Part shown: piece after piece, positions 39,777 through 49,775 of the stretch
How the letters are laid out: each line of letters begins with the position of its first letter
Position numbering within the stretch: the stretch's first letter is position 1
Sequence record: DRR378314_1779
Strand: one strand, 5' to 3'
Length of the DNA stretch: 64,000 nucleotides
Made by a program: the position numbers and the translations under genes
Notes under the pieces: generated by a model
The model's input: the letters and a program-made list of their open reading frames with translations, nothing else
What the model was told of the DNA's origin: nothing
Database searches by the model: none

Positions 39777-40265
39777 GTGCTAATTTACGTTGGAAACCCA
39801 TTGTTAAAACAAAGAGCGATGTTAAAGAAAGCTGAAATCAACGAGTTAAAAGTGGCGCTGACCTGGCCTGAGAATGCGGCCGAGTTCAGGCTGTGGTTTG
39901 GCGATAAAGTTCGGTATGGCAGTCCGGCTGAGGCTATCTGGCAACAGATTAAAGGTAACGAACGCGGGACTTTTGGGTTTTACCAGAATGAAGAGCTGGT
40001 TGGTTTTGCCCAGGCTTATGAAAAAGTCGAGAACGGTATTCACATAGCCTGCCTTATTGTTAACCCGAAAGTTAGAGGCAAAGGACTGGGCCGGTTGTTT
40101 GTAAAAGCCTTACTGGGAAATGCCTGGGCGCAGCAGCAAACGCGGTTTATTACGTTGAATGTATACCCCGAAAATACGCCGGCGCGGTCACTCTATAAAA
40201 GCCTTGGCTTCCACGAAGCCGGAGAGAATAGCGGTATGGTTGCTATGCGGCTGGAGAAAGAATAA
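39777..40265 (+). CDS. GNAT acetyltransferase
   Basis: VNPKVRGKGLG acetyl-CoA motif and NTPARSLYKSLGF; start could be ATG 39819. Confidence 0.88.
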   Translation: MLIYVGNPLLKQRAMLKKAEINELKVALTWPENAAEFRLWFGDKVRYGSPAEAIWQQIKGNERGTFGFYQNEELVGFAQAYEKVENGIHIACLIVNPKVRGKGLGRLFVKALLGNAWAQQQTRFITLNVYPENTPARSLYKSLGFHEAGENSGMVAMRLEKE

Positions 40266-40342
40266 TTCAAAAGGCTTTGCCTTGTATTTAAGATAAACTA
40301 GCCGCTATTGATTGCCATTAAATTCATGTATACGGACTTCCC

Positions 40343-41239
40343 ATGACAGAAAATGAATTACATCGACGCCGCTTAATTTCAGCAAAGCAGTCTGAAGAAT
40401 CTATCGCAAAAATAGAAGGACAAAGTTCGTATAAGCTGGCATTTGCCGATCATGATTTTTTACTTCAGGACGATTTGCGTGCGGTACGTTTGCAACTGGA
40501 ATATTTAAAGCCTCAGTTAACTCTGGAAAAGCATCAGATAGACGCAACCATTGTTGTCTTCGGTAGTGCTCGATTCTTATCCCCTGAACAGGCGCAACAT
40601 GATGCTCGCATGGCCGAGCAGGCATTAGCAGAAGAACCGGGAAACGACAGCTTAAAGGGTAACTTAAAGCGTGCTCAGCGGGCATTAAAAAATAGCGCTT
40701 ATTATCAGCAGGCAATGGAGTTTGCCCGTATAGCGACCGAACACAATCTCCGTCACAACGATGAAAACCTGATGATTGTCAGTGGCGGTGGCCCCGGCAT
40801 CATGGAAGCTGCGAATCGGGGAGCGATGGAAGCCGGAGGTGAAAGTATTGGACTGAATATTGTACTGCCTCATGAGCAACGCCCAAACCCATACATAACC
40901 CCGGAATATTGCTTCCAATTTCATTATTTTGCCATTCGCAAAATGCACTTTCTGCAACGAGCCCGTGCGTTGGTTGCTTTTCCCGGCGGCTTTGGAACAC
41001 TGGACGAGTTATTCGAAACTTTAACCTTGGTACAAACCAAAAAGTCTGAGCCAGTTCCTATTGTTTTGGTGGGCTCTGAATTTTGGCGTCGGGCAATCGA
41101 TTTCGATTTGCTGGTAGAAGAAGGCACTATTGCAGAATACGACTTAGATTTGTTCCAGATTGTGGATAGTGCAGAAGACGCTTGGCAGGCTATTTGTCAT
41201 TGTTATGACTTAAAAAATAGTTCACACCATATCCGCTAA
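40343..41239 (+). CDS. LOG family protein (TIGR00730-like)
   Basis: VFGSAR, SGGGPGIMEAANRGA, YFAIRK and FPGGFGTLDE. Confidence 0.92.
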   Translation: MTENELHRRRLISAKQSEESIAKIEGQSSYKLAFADHDFLLQDDLRAVRLQLEYLKPQLTLEKHQIDATIVVFGSARFLSPEQAQHDARMAEQALAEEPGNDSLKGNLKRAQRALKNSAYYQQAMEFARIATEHNLRHNDENLMIVSGGGPGIMEAANRGAMEAGGESIGLNIVLPHEQRPNPYITPEYCFQFHYFAIRKMHFLQRARALVAFPGGFGTLDELFETLTLVQTKKSEPVPIVLVGSEFWRRAIDFDLLVEEGTIAEYDLDLFQIVDSAEDAWQAICHCYDLKNSSHHIR

Positions 41240-42337
41240 TCGCTCATGAAAGTGGCGCCAGGAAACCCAAAAGAATAAGGCTCCAATACCGCTTAGTGCA
41301 AGTAGCTGTGGCCAAACAATGCCTAACCCTGCACCACGGAATAAGATGCTTTGACCAAATTCGGTAAAGTGAGAGGTAGGAGCAAAGTACATCACAGCCT
41401 GAACTGCAGCCGGCATACTATCAAAAGGTGTCATGCCGCCGGAGAGTATCTGCATTGGCATAATAATGAGCAAAAACAGTAACCCGAACTGAGGCATAGA
41501 GCGGGCATAGGTTCCTAAGAAAATGCCAATAGACGTGGTGGCAAAAAGGTGCAGAGCGGTACCGAATAAAAACAGTGTTAAGGAACCGCTGGTAGGTATA
41601 GCAAGCGCCTGTTTAATTATCACAGTGAGTGAGAACGCAGAGGCAACTAATACCACTAAGGCCATAGCCCAAACCTTGCTGACCATAATTTGAAAAGGGC
41701 TGACCGGCATTACCATAAGGTGTTCAATGGTGCCGTGTTCCCGTTCTTTTATCAGGGCTGCACCGGTTAAAATAATCGACAACATGGTAATTTGGTTAAT
41801 CAATTCCATAATGGCACTGAACCATCCGCTATCAAGCTCTGGGTTAAACTGCGCCCTTACGGCTATATCGACAGGTAACTGAGTGTCGGACTGCGTGAAG
41901 GAGCTGACTTCGCGATTAATAATAGATTGAATGTAACCGTTACCAGTAAAGGCTTGACTCATTCGAGTGGCGTCAACAATGAGCTGTAGCTGAGGCTGCT
42001 CACCGCTTAGCAAATCACGCTGCAGCCCTTCAGGAATATCAATAATAAAGGTGTAGCGCCCCTCGTCCATAAGCTCATCTGCTTCTTGAGCCGAGACCGC
42101 TTCCGGAGGCAAAAAATAAGGCATTAAGAAACTGTTGATCAGTTGGTTAGAAAGCTGGGAACGGTCATTGTCGATAACGGCTATTGGTGTTTTGTACAAA
42201 GTTTGTGGCGTGGCGGATGCCGCGGTATAAATAAATACGGTAAAAGCCAGCATAATAAACAGCAGTAACATAGGGTCACGCGACAAGCTAATGAGCTCTT
42301 TCACACCTAAATGAGCAATATTTTTAACTGATCGCAT
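41222..42337 (-). CDS. yhhJ: ABC-2 type permease YhhJ
   Basis: LGVKEL..L.RD, GAALIKEREHGTIEHL and ARSMPQFGLL; third gene of yhiI-rbbA-yhhJ. Confidence 0.88.
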   Translation of the reverse strand: MRSVKNIAHLGVKELISLSRDPMLLLFIMLAFTVFIYTAASATPQTLYKTPIAVIDNDRSQLSNQLINSFLMPYFLPPEAVSAQEADELMDEGRYTFIIDIPEGLQRDLLSGEQPQLQLIVDATRMSQAFTGNGYIQSIINREVSSFTQSDTQLPVDIAVRAQFNPELDSGWFSAIMELINQITMLSIILTGAALIKEREHGTIEHLMVMPVSPFQIMVSKVWAMALVVLVASAFSLTVIIKQALAIPTSGSLTLFLFGTALHLFATTSIGIFLGTYARSMPQFGLLFLLIIMPMQILSGGMTPFDSMPAAVQAVMYFAPTSHFTEFGQSILFRGAGLGIVWPQLLALSGIGALFFWVSWRHFHERLADMV

Positions 42338-45067
42338 TTATTGCTCCTGTTTCCTGACTAAGCTAATACCAATGGCAATGAAGAGAATGGCTGCGATGCT
42401 GAGCCCGACTAACATGACCTGCAGCTCATTAAACGACAGAGCTTTCGAAAACACGCCCCGACTGACAATCATATAGTAAGTTGTCGGATAAATTTCGCCG
42501 ATAACCTTGGCAAGGCCTTCGAGTGAGGTCACCGGCGTGATCATGCCCGAGAATTGGGATGCAGGCAGGATGGTGGCAAGTGCAGTACCAAAAAGCGCGG
42601 CAATTTGACTGTTAAGAAAAGCTGACATAATAAGTCCAAGTGCGGTTGCACACAGAACATAGAGAAAGGTCGCGAGTGAGAAGGCCAGAAAACTTCCGGT
42701 GAGTTCTACGTTAAAAATAAGCAACGCCTGAGCAACCAATATTAAGAAGTTCGCCATTGCGAGAACGACATAGGGGAGTTGCTTACCAATAAAAAACTCA
42801 CTTTTGCGAGTTGGGGTAACATAAAAGTTCGTAATAGAGCCCAGTTCTTTCTCTCTCACTACCGACAGTGACGTCAATATCGATGGGAAAAGCATTAACA
42901 ACAGTGGAATGACAGCAGGAACCATGGCTGGCAAGCTTTTAACGTCGGGGTTATAGCGGTATCTCGACGCTATATCGACCGTCGCTGGCTTTGTTGGCTG
43001 GCTACTTAATTGTTGTTGCTGTTTTTGTAACCAGTCAATATGCATGCCCTGAATGTAACCTTGCGCGGTCTCTGCGCGCATTGGCATCGCACCGTCAATC
43101 CACGCTCCTATACTGACGTTTTCTCCACGCTGCATATCACGAGCAAAGCCGCTGGGTATTTCTATAGCTAAGCTGATTTCTCCGGCTTTTAAGGCATCGT
43201 CAACTTGTTCATAGCTTGTCAGGGGGGGTTTTTCATTAAAATAACGAGAACCCGATAAGCTTAAAATATAGTCCCGGCTGGTGCTGGTCTGGTCACGGTC
43301 TAATACCGCGAAATCAATTTCATCAACGTCCATATTAATGCCGTAACCCAAAACAAACATCAGAATAACGCTACCGACTAAGGCCATCACTAAGCGAACT
43401 GGGTCGCGGATAAGCTCCAGGGTTTCGCGGTGACTGATGCTGAGCAGTCGCTTAATGCTGAAACCGTGACTGAGTTTCAGTTTTTCATTATGTTGCAGCT
43501 CTGGTGAGTCTTCCATCGACTGTTCAGCTCGCTGAGAGTCAGATGCCTCTTCTAAATAATTGACAAAGGCATCTTCCAGCGAATCACTATTACGGCTTTT
43601 AGTAATAGCTTCGGGGGTATCGGTTATTAGAACCTTCCCGGCATGCATTAAGGATATGCGATCACAGCGCTCAGCTTCGTTCATAAAGTGCGTTGAGATA
43701 AATATGGTGACACCATGATCGCGCGATAGTTTTAGCAGAATTTGCCAGAAGTTATCCCGCGCAACAGGGTCAACGCCCGAGGTTGGTTCATCCAGTATTA
43801 ATATTTCTGGCTGGTGGATCATTGCAACCGCTAAAGATAATCTCTGCCGTTCCCCCACAGGAAGCTGGGTCGGTAATTGCCGAAACAGTCGCTGTAAATC
43901 GAATTGCTCAGCAACGACGTCTATTCTGTCTTCTATGCTGTTTTTAGGAATATCGAATAACTGGGCGTGTAATTTTAAGTTTTGGTAAACCGTTAATTCT
44001 CCATACAAGGAGAAGCTTTGAGCCATGTAGCCTACACGTTTTCGGGTTTCAAGAGGGTTATTCTCAATTGGCTGATCAAAGAGCCAGGCCTTACCCGCGC
44101 TTGCGGTAAGTAAACCAGTCAGCATTTTCATGGTAGTGGTTTTACCGCAACCGTTAGAGCCTAAGAAGCCAAAAATCTCGCCTTTTTTAATACGAAAACT
44201 TGCTTTATCTACGGCGGTAAAGTCACCAAATTGCATGCTAAGATCCTGAGCTTCGATAGCAATCGATGTTTCTTTTATCGGGAGGCGCGCGGTATTATCA
44301 AAGCCTTGATTGGATCCCGCACCCAGCAATTTGATATAGGCTTTTTCAAGAGTCGATGTTGCCGTTTGCTGCAGTAATTCGTCTGGAGAGCCTGCGGCTA
44401 ATAACTTCCCTGCACTCATAGTGGCGAGCCAGTCAAAGCCTTCGGCCTCATCCATATAAGCGGTAGCGACTAAAACGCTCATGTCAGGGTTCTGTTGACG
44501 AATATCAGTAATGAGTTGCCAGAATTGACGACGAGACAAAGGATCTACGCCAGTGGTAGGCTCATCAAGAATAAGTAGCTCGGGTTCGTGAATCAATGCA
44601 CAGCAAAGCCCAAGCTTTTGCTTCATACCACCGGATAACTTGGCACTGGGGCGATCCCGAAACTCCCATAAGCGAGTGGCTTTTAGCAAGCGACTGACAC
44701 GGCGTCGACGTTGTTTACCGTCAATGCCGAAAAGTTGTGCGAAAAAGCTGAGGTTCTCCTCAACCGATAAAGTCGGGTAAAGGTTTTTGCCGAGCCCCTG
44801 TGGCATGTAAGCCAAACGACGATACAAATGTTTGCGTTGACGCGACTGACTCAAGTCTTCACCAAGCACGTGTAATTGGCCTGTTTGTAGCGCGCGTGCC
44901 CCGGAAATCAATGAGAGTAAGGTGGACTTCCCTACTCCGTCGGGGCCAATAAAACCGCAGAGCTTGCCATGAGGAATAGTAAGCGATAATGATTCAAGCG
45001 CTTGTTGTTTCCCGTAGCAATAATTGATCTCGCTAAGTGTTACTACTGAGTCATTGTCTGTTGACAT
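42338..45067 (-). CDS. rbbA: Ribosome-associated ATPase / ABC transporter RbbA
   Basis: Two ABC domains (GPDGVGKS, GSNGCGKT), YMPQGLGKNLYPTLS and a C-terminal ABC-2 permease. Confidence 0.93.
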   Translation of the reverse strand: MSTDNDSVVTLSEINYCYGKQQALESLSLTIPHGKLCGFIGPDGVGKSTLLSLISGARALQTGQLHVLGEDLSQSRQRKHLYRRLAYMPQGLGKNLYPTLSVEENLSFFAQLFGIDGKQRRRRVSRLLKATRLWEFRDRPSAKLSGGMKQKLGLCCALIHEPELLILDEPTTGVDPLSRRQFWQLITDIRQQNPDMSVLVATAYMDEAEGFDWLATMSAGKLLAAGSPDELLQQTATSTLEKAYIKLLGAGSNQGFDNTARLPIKETSIAIEAQDLSMQFGDFTAVDKASFRIKKGEIFGFLGSNGCGKTTTMKMLTGLLTASAGKAWLFDQPIENNPLETRKRVGYMAQSFSLYGELTVYQNLKLHAQLFDIPKNSIEDRIDVVAEQFDLQRLFRQLPTQLPVGERQRLSLAVAMIHQPEILILDEPTSGVDPVARDNFWQILLKLSRDHGVTIFISTHFMNEAERCDRISLMHAGKVLITDTPEAITKSRNSDSLEDAFVNYLEEASDSQRAEQSMEDSPELQHNEKLKLSHGFSIKRLLSISHRETLELIRDPVRLVMALVGSVILMFVLGYGINMDVDEIDFAVLDRDQTSTSRDYILSLSGSRYFNEKPPLTSYEQVDDALKAGEISLAIEIPSGFARDMQRGENVSIGAWIDGAMPMRAETAQGYIQGMHIDWLQKQQQQLSSQPTKPATVDIASRYRYNPDVKSLPAMVPAVIPLLLMLFPSILTSLSVVREKELGSITNFYVTPTRKSEFFIGKQLPYVVLAMANFLILVAQALLIFNVELTGSFLAFSLATFLYVLCATALGLIMSAFLNSQIAALFGTALATILPASQFSGMITPVTSLEGLAKVIGEIYPTTYYMIVSRGVFSKALSFNELQVMLVGLSIAAILFIAIGISLVRKQEQ

Positions 45068-46122
45068 CAGTCAAGCTCCGATTGTAGCTCAATAGGCCAA
45101 CTGTCCTGTCCATCAAGTTTGACATAAGCTACCCCGGGAAGCCCGGTTTTTACCCGTTCCAGATGTTGTTCTAGTAAATTTTTATCAATGCTGGCCCGGA
45201 CCCGAAACATCAACTTTTCACGTTCTTCCTGGGTCTCTACTGTTTTAGGTGTGAATTGAGCTACGTCTGAAATAAAGCTGACATTAGCCGGGATGCGGTA
45301 GTCCGGCAGGGCATCTAATACAATGCGGACTTCACTACCGACTGAAATCTTTCCAATAATCTGGGTTGGTAAGAAAAAAGTCATGTAAACATCGCTCAGA
45401 TCGACCATATTAACTACTCGACCGCCACTCCCGATAACTTCGCCAGGTCTTGATACTATGTATTGAATGCGGCCATCACGGGGAGACAAAAGGGTACTAT
45501 CATCAATTTGGATTTGGATACGTTCGATGGTTGCTTTGGCTGCTTCAGCAGCAGATTCGGCTTCTTCTCGCTGTGAGATGGCCGTGGTAATTGCCGCTTC
45601 AGTAGAAGCAATTTGAGATTTTGCTGCAGCTACCGCCGACTCTGCGCTAACAACAGCGGCTTTTGCATCATCAAGCTCCTGGGCCGACATAGAGCCTTGT
45701 TGGGATAAACTCTGTACGCGTGCCAGACGCTTTTTGGCAAGGTCTAACTCAGATTCTCGTTGTTTTAATAAGGCCTGTGCGGCGTCTTTTTCAGCGCGCC
45801 GTTGGTTAACTTGGCTTTTGGCGGTATTGATGGCGTTTTGAGTCTGTTTAAACTGTGCCTGGGTTTGAAGCAGTTCAGCTTCCAGAGTGGTGGTATCAAT
45901 TTTTGCCAGTTTGTCGCCGGTGAGCACGAACTGACCCTCTTCAACCCATACGTTGTCGAGGCGACCGGCAACTTTCGTGGCTACATTAATTTCGACGGCT
46001 TCTATTCGCCCATTGCCACTGGCAATGCCTTCATAGTTAGTCGACTCTTTGTTGATACTAAGATAAACGAAAAGGGCGATGCCAATAATGACCACCGCCC
46101 AGACAATATTCCTTTTGTTCAT
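45067..46122 (-). CDS. yhiI: HlyD-family periplasmic adaptor YhiI
   Basis: SGNGRIEA, coiled coil, AQFTPKTVET..EREKLMFRV and KTGLPG. Confidence 0.88.
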   Translation of the reverse strand: MNKRNIVWAVVIIGIALFVYLSINKESTNYEGIASGNGRIEAVEINVATKVAGRLDNVWVEEGQFVLTGDKLAKIDTTTLEAELLQTQAQFKQTQNAINTAKSQVNQRRAEKDAAQALLKQRESELDLAKKRLARVQSLSQQGSMSAQELDDAKAAVVSAESAVAAAKSQIASTEAAITTAISQREEAESAAEAAKATIERIQIQIDDSTLLSPRDGRIQYIVSRPGEVIGSGGRVVNMVDLSDVYMTFFLPTQIIGKISVGSEVRIVLDALPDYRIPANVSFISDVAQFTPKTVETQEEREKLMFRVRASIDKNLLEQHLERVKTGLPGVAYVKLDGQDSWPIELQSELD

Positions 46123-46197
46123 GCTCTCATCTCACTAATAAGCGCTAATAAATTACTGTTAGTTTTAGCACTAAATTAGCCAGTATGTAAGCTAGCC

Positions 46198-46223
46198 TAA
46201 AAGAGGGAGTAACTCCCTCTTTG
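46198..46223 (-). terminator. Intrinsic terminator after the pgs operon
   Basis: AAAGAGGGAGT-A-ACTCCCTCTTT palindrome; T-run follows on the minus strand. Confidence 0.75.
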
Positions 46224-46233
46224 TTGGTATCTA

Positions 46234-47385
46234 TTAAACCATCGGTTTCGTGCTCTTACCGCTTTCGCCGGTTCGGCGCCACAAGCTAGTGATGCGTGCA
46301 GAGCGGACGATAAGCCAGGTCATGGCGAATAAACCAAGGCCTAAACCAAGTGCTAACCAGCGGTTATAAACGGTTGCTGAATAGATACCGCCATTGCCAA
46401 CGGGCACAACTTCTTGTGGCATTAACGGAAGGCCATGTCGTGTGGCCATATCTTTAATGCCACTAAAGTGAATACCCGGAATATCTTCTTGCAGGAAATA
46501 GCCCATCATGGTGTCGACAGCAAAAGCTCGTGAAGGAGCGTCCCTCTGAAGACCTGACTTGAACATATCATCAATACCAGGAGGGCCTACTATAGTTGCG
46601 CCACCACCAACATTTATGAAGGCTTTGTATTGACGGTCAGCTGAATATTCACGAAATATGGCAATACGGTCAGCGACGGCTTCCTGGTAGCTTGCAGGAT
46701 CAATAAAATTGATACCGGCTCTTTCTATTGTATTTCGTATTGAGGTAATGCCTTCTTCGGGAATACCAATTCCCCGATCTTCAATACCTCCAATAGAAGC
46801 GTAAACGGGTTTTGAACTGAGTACGCCGGCTTCGCGGAGTTCTCGCTCCATATCAAGCCATAGAAAGTTGGGTACGTTTCCGCCCCACTGCGAGGATGAT
46901 GCGGAAGCGATAATAATCGCTTCTGCTCCCATCGCTTCGATAGCTGAATAGACGGCCAGGTTCATTGCCGGAAAGGAGCCTGATACCGTAACTGCAACTA
47001 AATCTCCTTCCTGCACACCAGCATCTGCCATTAATTTGACCGCGACCGCTGCCCAGTTAGGGTTAACAGTGGTTTGTTTGGATTCGCGACTACCATGGTT
47101 AGTGGTAACAATACTGTTTTCCAAACCAACCATGCCAGAGCGTTGGGGGTCGAACTCCGGGTTAATTGGAGCCAGTTTTGCGCGTAACGGTTTAAGAACC
47201 TGCATACCTTCACGCATTATTTTTGACGCATTAACCATGGTTGCGTAATTGTCATCAACGACGGGATCGCGTTGTTTTATATTTTCCGCAGAAACCATAA
47301 CGATTACTGACAGTACGATAAGAAAAATAAGTCCCCAGGTTGGTACGCCCGACGAACGCCAATAAATCTTTGTAAAACTACTCAT
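46234..47385 (-). CDS. pgsW: Poly-gamma-glutamate system protein PgsW
   Basis: SGMVG...VTT..GS.ESKQTT.NPNWAA, GDLVAV..SGSFPAMN, SASSSQWG and FINVGGG; N- and C-terminal TM helices; follows pgsBC; GGAGG RBS before ATG 47385. Confidence 0.8.
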   Translation of the reverse strand: MSSFTKIYWRSSGVPTWGLIFLIVLSVIVMVSAENIKQRDPVVDDNYATMVNASKIMREGMQVLKPLRAKLAPINPEFDPQRSGMVGLENSIVTTNHGSRESKQTTVNPNWAAVAVKLMADAGVQEGDLVAVTVSGSFPAMNLAVYSAIEAMGAEAIIIASASSSQWGGNVPNFLWLDMERELREAGVLSSKPVYASIGGIEDRGIGIPEEGITSIRNTIERAGINFIDPASYQEAVADRIAIFREYSADRQYKAFINVGGGATIVGPPGIDDMFKSGLQRDAPSRAFAVDTMMGYFLQEDIPGIHFSGIKDMATRHGLPLMPQEVVPVGNGGIYSATVYNRWLALGLGLGLFAMTWLIVRSARITSLWRRTGESGKSTKPMV

Positions 47386-47399
47386 GATTCGTCCTCCTG

Positions 47400-47975
47400 T
47401 TACCAGCCTGGCATCTGAAATGCTTGGCTTGCTTCGTACATTTGTAATGATTCCGGCATAATAATGATAAGTGCCAAGCGGACCAGTACCGCAGTTACTG
47501 CGAGTCCGCATAAGGTCTGCAGTACGCCTTGCCGATCAAACCAAATAGCGATAAGCCCGGGAATAATGTAGCCGACGATGCTACTTTCCATAATCGACAT
47601 CATAAAGCTAGATTCAAGAGTGGCAACTTGAGCCTGTGCATCACCACCGCCTGCTATCATTTGCAAATCTACCCAGTTAACAATGTTACCAAGGAATAAA
47701 TCCATCAAGCCGGCAATGAGATAACCGGTAAGAATCATGATAATGGTTTGGCGACGCCCATAAATAATAGCGAAGCTGGCAATAACTCTGACAATTAGGT
47801 AGGTAATAAGCGCCGCAACAAGCGTGATAGCCAAGCTTAGAGGATCAGTCAGTTGCAATGCAACATAACCCGGAACAACCAAGCCGCCGGCGGCTAAACC
47901 TAATGTTTGTGTGAGTAACAAAGTAAAAAATAAACCGACACCAATGGCAACGGCAAGAATGTTTAATGCAATCAT
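47400..47975 (-). CDS. pgsC: Poly-gamma-glutamate biosynthesis protein PgsC/CapC
   Basis: GLAAGGLVVPGYVAL, IIYGRR and VGYIIPGLIAIWFDRQG; ATGA overlap with pgsB. Confidence 0.93.
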   Translation of the reverse strand: MIALNILAVAIGVGLFFTLLLTQTLGLAAGGLVVPGYVALQLTDPLSLAITLVAALITYLIVRVIASFAIIYGRRQTIIMILTGYLIAGLMDLFLGNIVNWVDLQMIAGGGDAQAQVATLESSFMMSIMESSIVGYIIPGLIAIWFDRQGVLQTLCGLAVTAVLVRLALIIIMPESLQMYEASQAFQMPGW

Positions 47976-49177
47976 AAATCTTCCTCCTTGATTGCCCGGT
48001 TCTGGAAGAAACGAGCGACTTCTTCGCCACCTCCGTGAATGTTGCACATACCGACAACTAATGCGCTGCTGCCGGATTCTTCTAAAATAGTTTCGGTAAT
48101 TTCGGTCATCTCAGCATTTTCCATAACAAGTAGCTTTTCGGGGTCAAGGCCGTATTTCACGGCATTACGGACGAAAATAAAGGTTCCTGAGCCCATTAAC
48201 AGGTATTTATCTGCGGGACTCCATTTAACGATGTCTTCGGCCATTTGCTGAGAGCGGTGGGGGCGGTCAGCCCTGCAGTTGATCAAAACAATTTTACGTC
48301 GCTCTTCGCCATGTTTTTCCAGCATATTTTCCCAAATGCGTCCTGTAGACTCAGGGTCATTGGCTGCAAAGGCGTTGACGAATACAATTTCGCGCTTGAA
48401 GTAGTTAACGTGAAGAACCTGCATGGCACCCGCTTCCGGCTCTAATGCAACCATGCCATCCAGAGCTTTTTCCCGGTCAACACCAAGGTGCTGGCAGACA
48501 TTCAGAGCTAAAGCAACATTTTCGGCGTGCTCTGCGTAACGGAAACGCTTCATGGTGTCATCGGTAATAGCGTTAACTTCGTCCTCGGTTACGCCATGCA
48601 GTTCACTTTTACGGTCGTTACATGAATGTTTAAACACATCCAGTAAGTCGCGTTCGGCGGTGAATAAGTCGCCTTTTAGTGGGGTGCTACCTGCCAGAGC
48701 TAAGGCGACATCGTTCTCACCGGGGCCCATAACATCTAAATGGTCGGCACGGGCATTGGTAATAACACCAACAGTTGAGCGAACCATTCGCAATTCACTC
48801 AAAGACTGATACTGAGGCTGCAGTGCCATACATTCCATAACCACAATTTCAGGCTTTAATGCTGCCATTCTTTTGAGTGTGCGCATTTGTTCAATAATAT
48901 TTGCACCGCTTATTCGGTAAATAGGAAATTCGCGACCATCCGGGTCGGTAATAGCTGCTGCAGAACCAGTTGTTTTAGCACAAATGCGTTTACCACCACT
49001 GCGTAATCCTGCCGCAATTAACCGGGTAACGCTGGTTTTTCCCCGAGTACCATTTACATGGACTCGCACTGGAATTTTACGGACAAGTGCCCAATGGCGA
49101 ACGGCCTCAAAAGCGCCGGCTATCACCAGAACAACCCACAGTGCAGCCACGATAGCGAGCATGCTGGGTATTTCCAC
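47972..49177 (-). CDS. pgsB: Poly-gamma-glutamate synthase PgsB/CapB
   Basis: RVHVNGTRGKTSVTRL, AKTTG, ANIIEQ, ECMALQP, ITNARADHLDVMG, NAFAANDPEST and NCRADR; AGGAGG RBS. Confidence 0.95.
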   Translation of the reverse strand: MEIPSMLAIVAALWVVLVIAGAFEAVRHWALVRKIPVRVHVNGTRGKTSVTRLIAAGLRSGGKRICAKTTGSAAAITDPDGREFPIYRISGANIIEQMRTLKRMAALKPEIVVMECMALQPQYQSLSELRMVRSTVGVITNARADHLDVMGPGENDVALALAGSTPLKGDLFTAERDLLDVFKHSCNDRKSELHGVTEDEVNAITDDTMKRFRYAEHAENVALALNVCQHLGVDREKALDGMVALEPEAGAMQVLHVNYFKREIVFVNAFAANDPESTGRIWENMLEKHGEERRKIVLINCRADRPHRSQQMAEDIVKWSPADKYLLMGSGTFIFVRNAVKYGLDPEKLLVMENAEMTEITETILEESGSSALVVGMCNIHGGGEEVARFFQNRAIKEEDL

Positions 49178-49280
49178 GAGAATCCTCCTGAATTAATTCG
49201 TTTAAAACGGCACTATAATTACAGACTATCCCTTAATAGTGCTATTGTTTTTAGGGATCTTTACAAAAGGGTAATCCAGA

Positions 49281-49775
49281 ATGCTTAAAACACGAACAAC
49301 AGAAATAAAGTGGGGCGTTATTTTTATTATAGTCAGTATGTTGTGGGTATTAATAGCAAGGCTAGTTGGTCTTCATGACAATTACATTGCTTACCATTCA
49401 ACTTACTCGAACTTCTTTGCACTTATTGCTATCGCCATTTATGTATTAGCACTTAGAGAAAAACGAGAAAAAGATCTTAACGGATCAATGACCTGGAAAC
49501 AGGGGTTTATCAGTGGTCTGATTATAGCCATTGTGGTGGCGGTTTTAACTCCAATTAGCCAGTGGATAACACACGTTATTATTTCACCGAATTATTTTGA
49601 AAACGTTAGTAACTTTGCTGTTAATGAAGGTGGAATGGACGCTGAGCAAGCAGAAGTTTATTTTACTTTAGGTAGCTATATTATTCAGTCAATGCTTTTT
49701 GCCCTTGTTGTCGGCACCATCACGGCAGCAATAGTTGCGATATTTATGAAAACACCGCAACTTGACGATAATTAA
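49281..49775 (+). CDS. DUF4199-like membrane protein
   Basis: EIKWG, GLHD, MTWKQGFISG and ISPNYF; 4 TM helices. Confidence 0.7.
   Translation: MLKTRTTEIKWGVIFIIVSMLWVLIARLVGLHDNYIAYHSTYSNFFALIAIAIYVLALREKREKDLNGSMTWKQGFISGLIIAIVVAVLTPISQWITHVIISPNYFENVSNFAVNEGGMDAEQAEVYFTLGSYIIQSMLFALVVGTITAAIVAIFMKTPQLDDN

Noticed and set aside
41222-46122. yhiI-rbbA-yhhJ as the PGA exporter
   Set aside because: A strong terminator separates it from pgsW, and the operon is widespread in bacteria without pgs genes; adjacency alone is not support.
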